From positions 1 through 48,523 of IMG/VR virus record IMGVR_UViG_3300044466_000011: a stretch of DNA of 48,523 nt. The stretch is one strand, 5' to 3'. Source of the stretch: a virus. Taxonomy: Duplodnaviria > Caudoviricetes. The position numbers and the translations under genes are program-made. Under the pieces are notes generated by a model. That model was not told where the DNA came from. It did not search any database and worked only from the letters and a program-made list of their open reading frames with translations. Each line of letters starts with the position of its first letter. Position 1 is the first letter of the stretch. Positions 46,662 to 48,523 of the stretch are shown here, piece by piece.

Positions 46662-48523
46662 ACAGCCTGGTGCAGCGGTCGTTCGCCGCCGGCGAGCTCG
46701 CGCCGGCGCTCCACGCGCGGGCTGATCTCGCGAAGTATCAGACCGGATTGAAGACCTGCCACAACTTCTTCGTCCGGAAGGAGGGCGGAGTCAGCAACCG
46801 CGCCGGCCTGCGGTTCGTCGACCCGTGCAAGACCGACACGTATGGGACGCGCCTGGCGCGCTTCGTCGGCTCGATCAGCGGCGAGGGGTTCCTGCTCGAG
46901 TTCGGCGCGGGCTACATTCGCTTCTTCCAGAACGGCGCGGCGATCGAGGTGGAGAGCGTGCCGGCCTACAGCGGCGCGACGGCCTACGTGCCGGGCGACG
47001 TCGTCAGCGATGCCGGCACCAACTACTACTGCATCGCCAACACCACCGGCAACGCGCCGCCCAACGCGACCTACTGGTATGCGCTGACCGGCGCGATCCT
47101 CGAGGTGCCGACCCCCTACACGCTCGAGGACATTCCGCAATGGAACCAGTCGGGCAACGTGCTGATGCTGACGCACCCGGACTACGCGCCGCGGGAGCTC
47201 ATCTTCGAGGAGGCCGATCGCTGGGTGCTGCGGGTGGTGACGACGGGCAGCGGCGCGACGACGCCGACGGGGCTGATCGCGACCACCGGGCCGGCCGGCA
47301 CGCGCACGTTCAAGTATGTCGTGACGTCGGCCGCGGCGGACACCTTCGAGGAGTCGCCCCCGAGCTCGATCGCGAGCGCGCTGCTGGCGGACGAGCCGAC
47401 CCTGAGCTCGCCCCACACGCTGTCGTGGACCGCGGTCGCCGGCGCGGAGGAGTATCGGATCTACTGCGACCCCTATGAGAACGGCGTCTTCGGCTACATC
47501 GGCACCGCGGAGAGCAACAGCTTCAAGCACGCCGGCCAGACCGCGGACTTCGGGCTGACGCCTCCGCAGGACCGGGTGCTCTTCAGCGTCACCGGCCGCT
47601 ATCCGGCCTGCTCGAGCAACTACCAGCAGCGGCAGTTCTTCGCCAACACGTTCGCGAACCCCGACGGGATCTGGGGCTCGCGCATCGGGTTCCCGCACAA
47701 CTTCGGGGTGAGCTCGCCGCTCCAGGACGACGACAGCGTCACCTTCCGCCTGGCCGGCAACAACCACCATCCGATCCGACACATGGTGGCGCACGCCTGG
47801 GGCCTGATCCTGATGACCGACGGCGGCGAATGGACCATGACCGGCGGCGGCGGCCGGAAGAACCCGCTGACGCCCTCGAGCGTCGACGCCGAGCAGGAGA
47901 CGTATGTCGGGGTGCTGCCGTGGGCGCGGCCGGTGGTGGTGGGCTCGACGATCATCTACGTGCAGGCGCGTGGCAACGTGCTCCGCGAGCTCGCGTTCCA
48001 GGAGCAGAACCAGGGGCTCGCCGGCCGCGACCTGTCGATCTACTCGGCGCACCTTTTCGAGCGCAAGCAGATCTACTACACCGACTTCCAGCAGACGCCG
48101 CACTCGATCGTCTGGTGCTGCGACAACGAGGGGCGACTGCTCGGGCTGACCTACATCCCGGACCAGGACATTTGGGGCTGGCACCGCCACGACACCGACG
48201 GCCTGGTCGAGGACGTCTGCGTGGTGCCGGAGGCGGACCAGGACGTGCTCTACGTGATCGTCAAACGGACGATCAACGACGTGGCGAAGCGCTACATTGA
48301 GAAGCTCGAGCAGCGGGAGCTCCGCACCAACTACACCCACGCCGATATGTTCTTCGTCGACAGCGGCCTGAGCTACTCGGGCGCGGCGGCGACGACGTTC
48401 GCCGGGCTCGAGCACCTGGAGGGCAAGACCGTCGCGGTGATTGCCGACGGCGTGGCGCTCTTCAACGGCAGCGAGGAGGACGCGCCGGTGGTCACCGGCG
48501 GCACGGTCTACCTGACGGCACCG
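46658..48523 (+). CDS. Tail tubular protein B / nozzle (runs off the end and continues to 571; ~737 aa in total)
   Basis: ATGA overlap; QRSFAAGELAPALHARADL.KY, GGVSNRAG, LEFG.GYIRF, YQQR.FFA, WGWHRHDT; absent from the ORF track because there is no stop before the end. Confidence 0.93.
   Translation, partial: MNSLVQRSFAAGELAPALHARADLAKYQTGLKTCHNFFVRKEGGVSNRAGLRFVDPCKTDTYGTRLARFVGSISGEGFLLEFGAGYIRFFQNGAAIEVESVPAYSGATAYVPGDVVSDAGTNYYCIANTTGNAPPNATYWYALTGAILEVPTPYTLEDIPQWNQSGNVLMLTHPDYAPRELIFEEADRWVLRVVTTGSGATTPTGLIATTGPAGTRTFKYVVTSAAADTFEESPPSSIASALLADEPTLSSPHTLSWTAVAGAEEYRIYCDPYENGVFGYIGTAESNSFKHAGQTADFGLTPPQDRVLFSVTGRYPACSSNYQQRQFFANTFANPDGIWGSRIGFPHNFGVSSPLQDDDSVTFRLAGNNHHPIRHMVAHAWGLILMTDGGEWTMTGGGGRKNPLTPSSVDAEQETYVGVLPWARPVVVGSTIIYVQARGNVLRELAFQEQNQGLAGRDLSIYSAHLFERKQIYYTDFQQTPHSIVWCCDNEGRLLGLTYIPDQDIWGWHRHDTDGLVEDVCVVPEADQDVLYVIVKRTINDVAKRYIEKLEQRELRTNYTHADMFFVDSGLSYSGAAATTFAGLEHLEGKTVAVIADGVALFNGSEEDAPVVTGGTVYLTAP
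48301..48523. repeat. Terminal direct repeat, copy 2
   Basis: Matches 1-223 with one mismatch. Confidence 0.95.

Noticed and set aside
616-48415. Many long minus-strand ORFs (e.g. 616-3201, 11229-14489, 46364-48415)
   Set aside because: Antisense shadows of GC-rich genes with biased composition, no motifs and no RBS
48301-48523. Terminal repeat as a true T7-like physical end
   Set aside because: It lies mid-gene in tail tube B, so it is more likely an assembly overlap of a circularly permuted genome

Overview
The window is an apparently complete, circularly permuted ~48.3 kb high-GC dsDNA phage genome: bases 1-223 repeat at 48301-48523 with one mismatch. The virion is an epsilon15/BPP-1-like podovirus and every supported gene is on the + strand. 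Gene order: ejection proteins including a giant ~3757-aa polyvalent protein; a putative lysis region; early/recombination genes (KTSC, Rad52-type annealase, PD-(D/E)XK nuclease, HNH, PAPS-reductase-like, MTases, SF2 helicase); a structured non-coding region; replication genes (DnaB, RuvC-like); secreted morons; terminase; portal; capsid; tail tube proteins. I recognised no integrase, polymerase, reverse transcriptase/DGR, tRNA, CRISPR array or canonical endolysin. An Acidobacteriota host is suggested by the moron families (inference only). Main leads: (1) a nested out-of-frame gene with its own extended -10 promoter and RBS inside the giant virion gene, directly after a glycosylase-like effector domain, a candidate overprinted effector/immunity cassette bounded by repeated EFFQ linkers; (2) a ~400-nt structured RNA candidate behind an NrdR-box-like site, upstream of a short replication protein; (3) a TTSTT-N3-AASAA operator regulon with a candidate leaderless repressor; (4) avoidance of several restriction-like words; (5) a tail adaptor fused to a ~940-aa fibre-like region; (6) signal-peptide-bearing proteins inside the head module. 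Family names come from motif recognition by eye and need HMM or structure confirmation.
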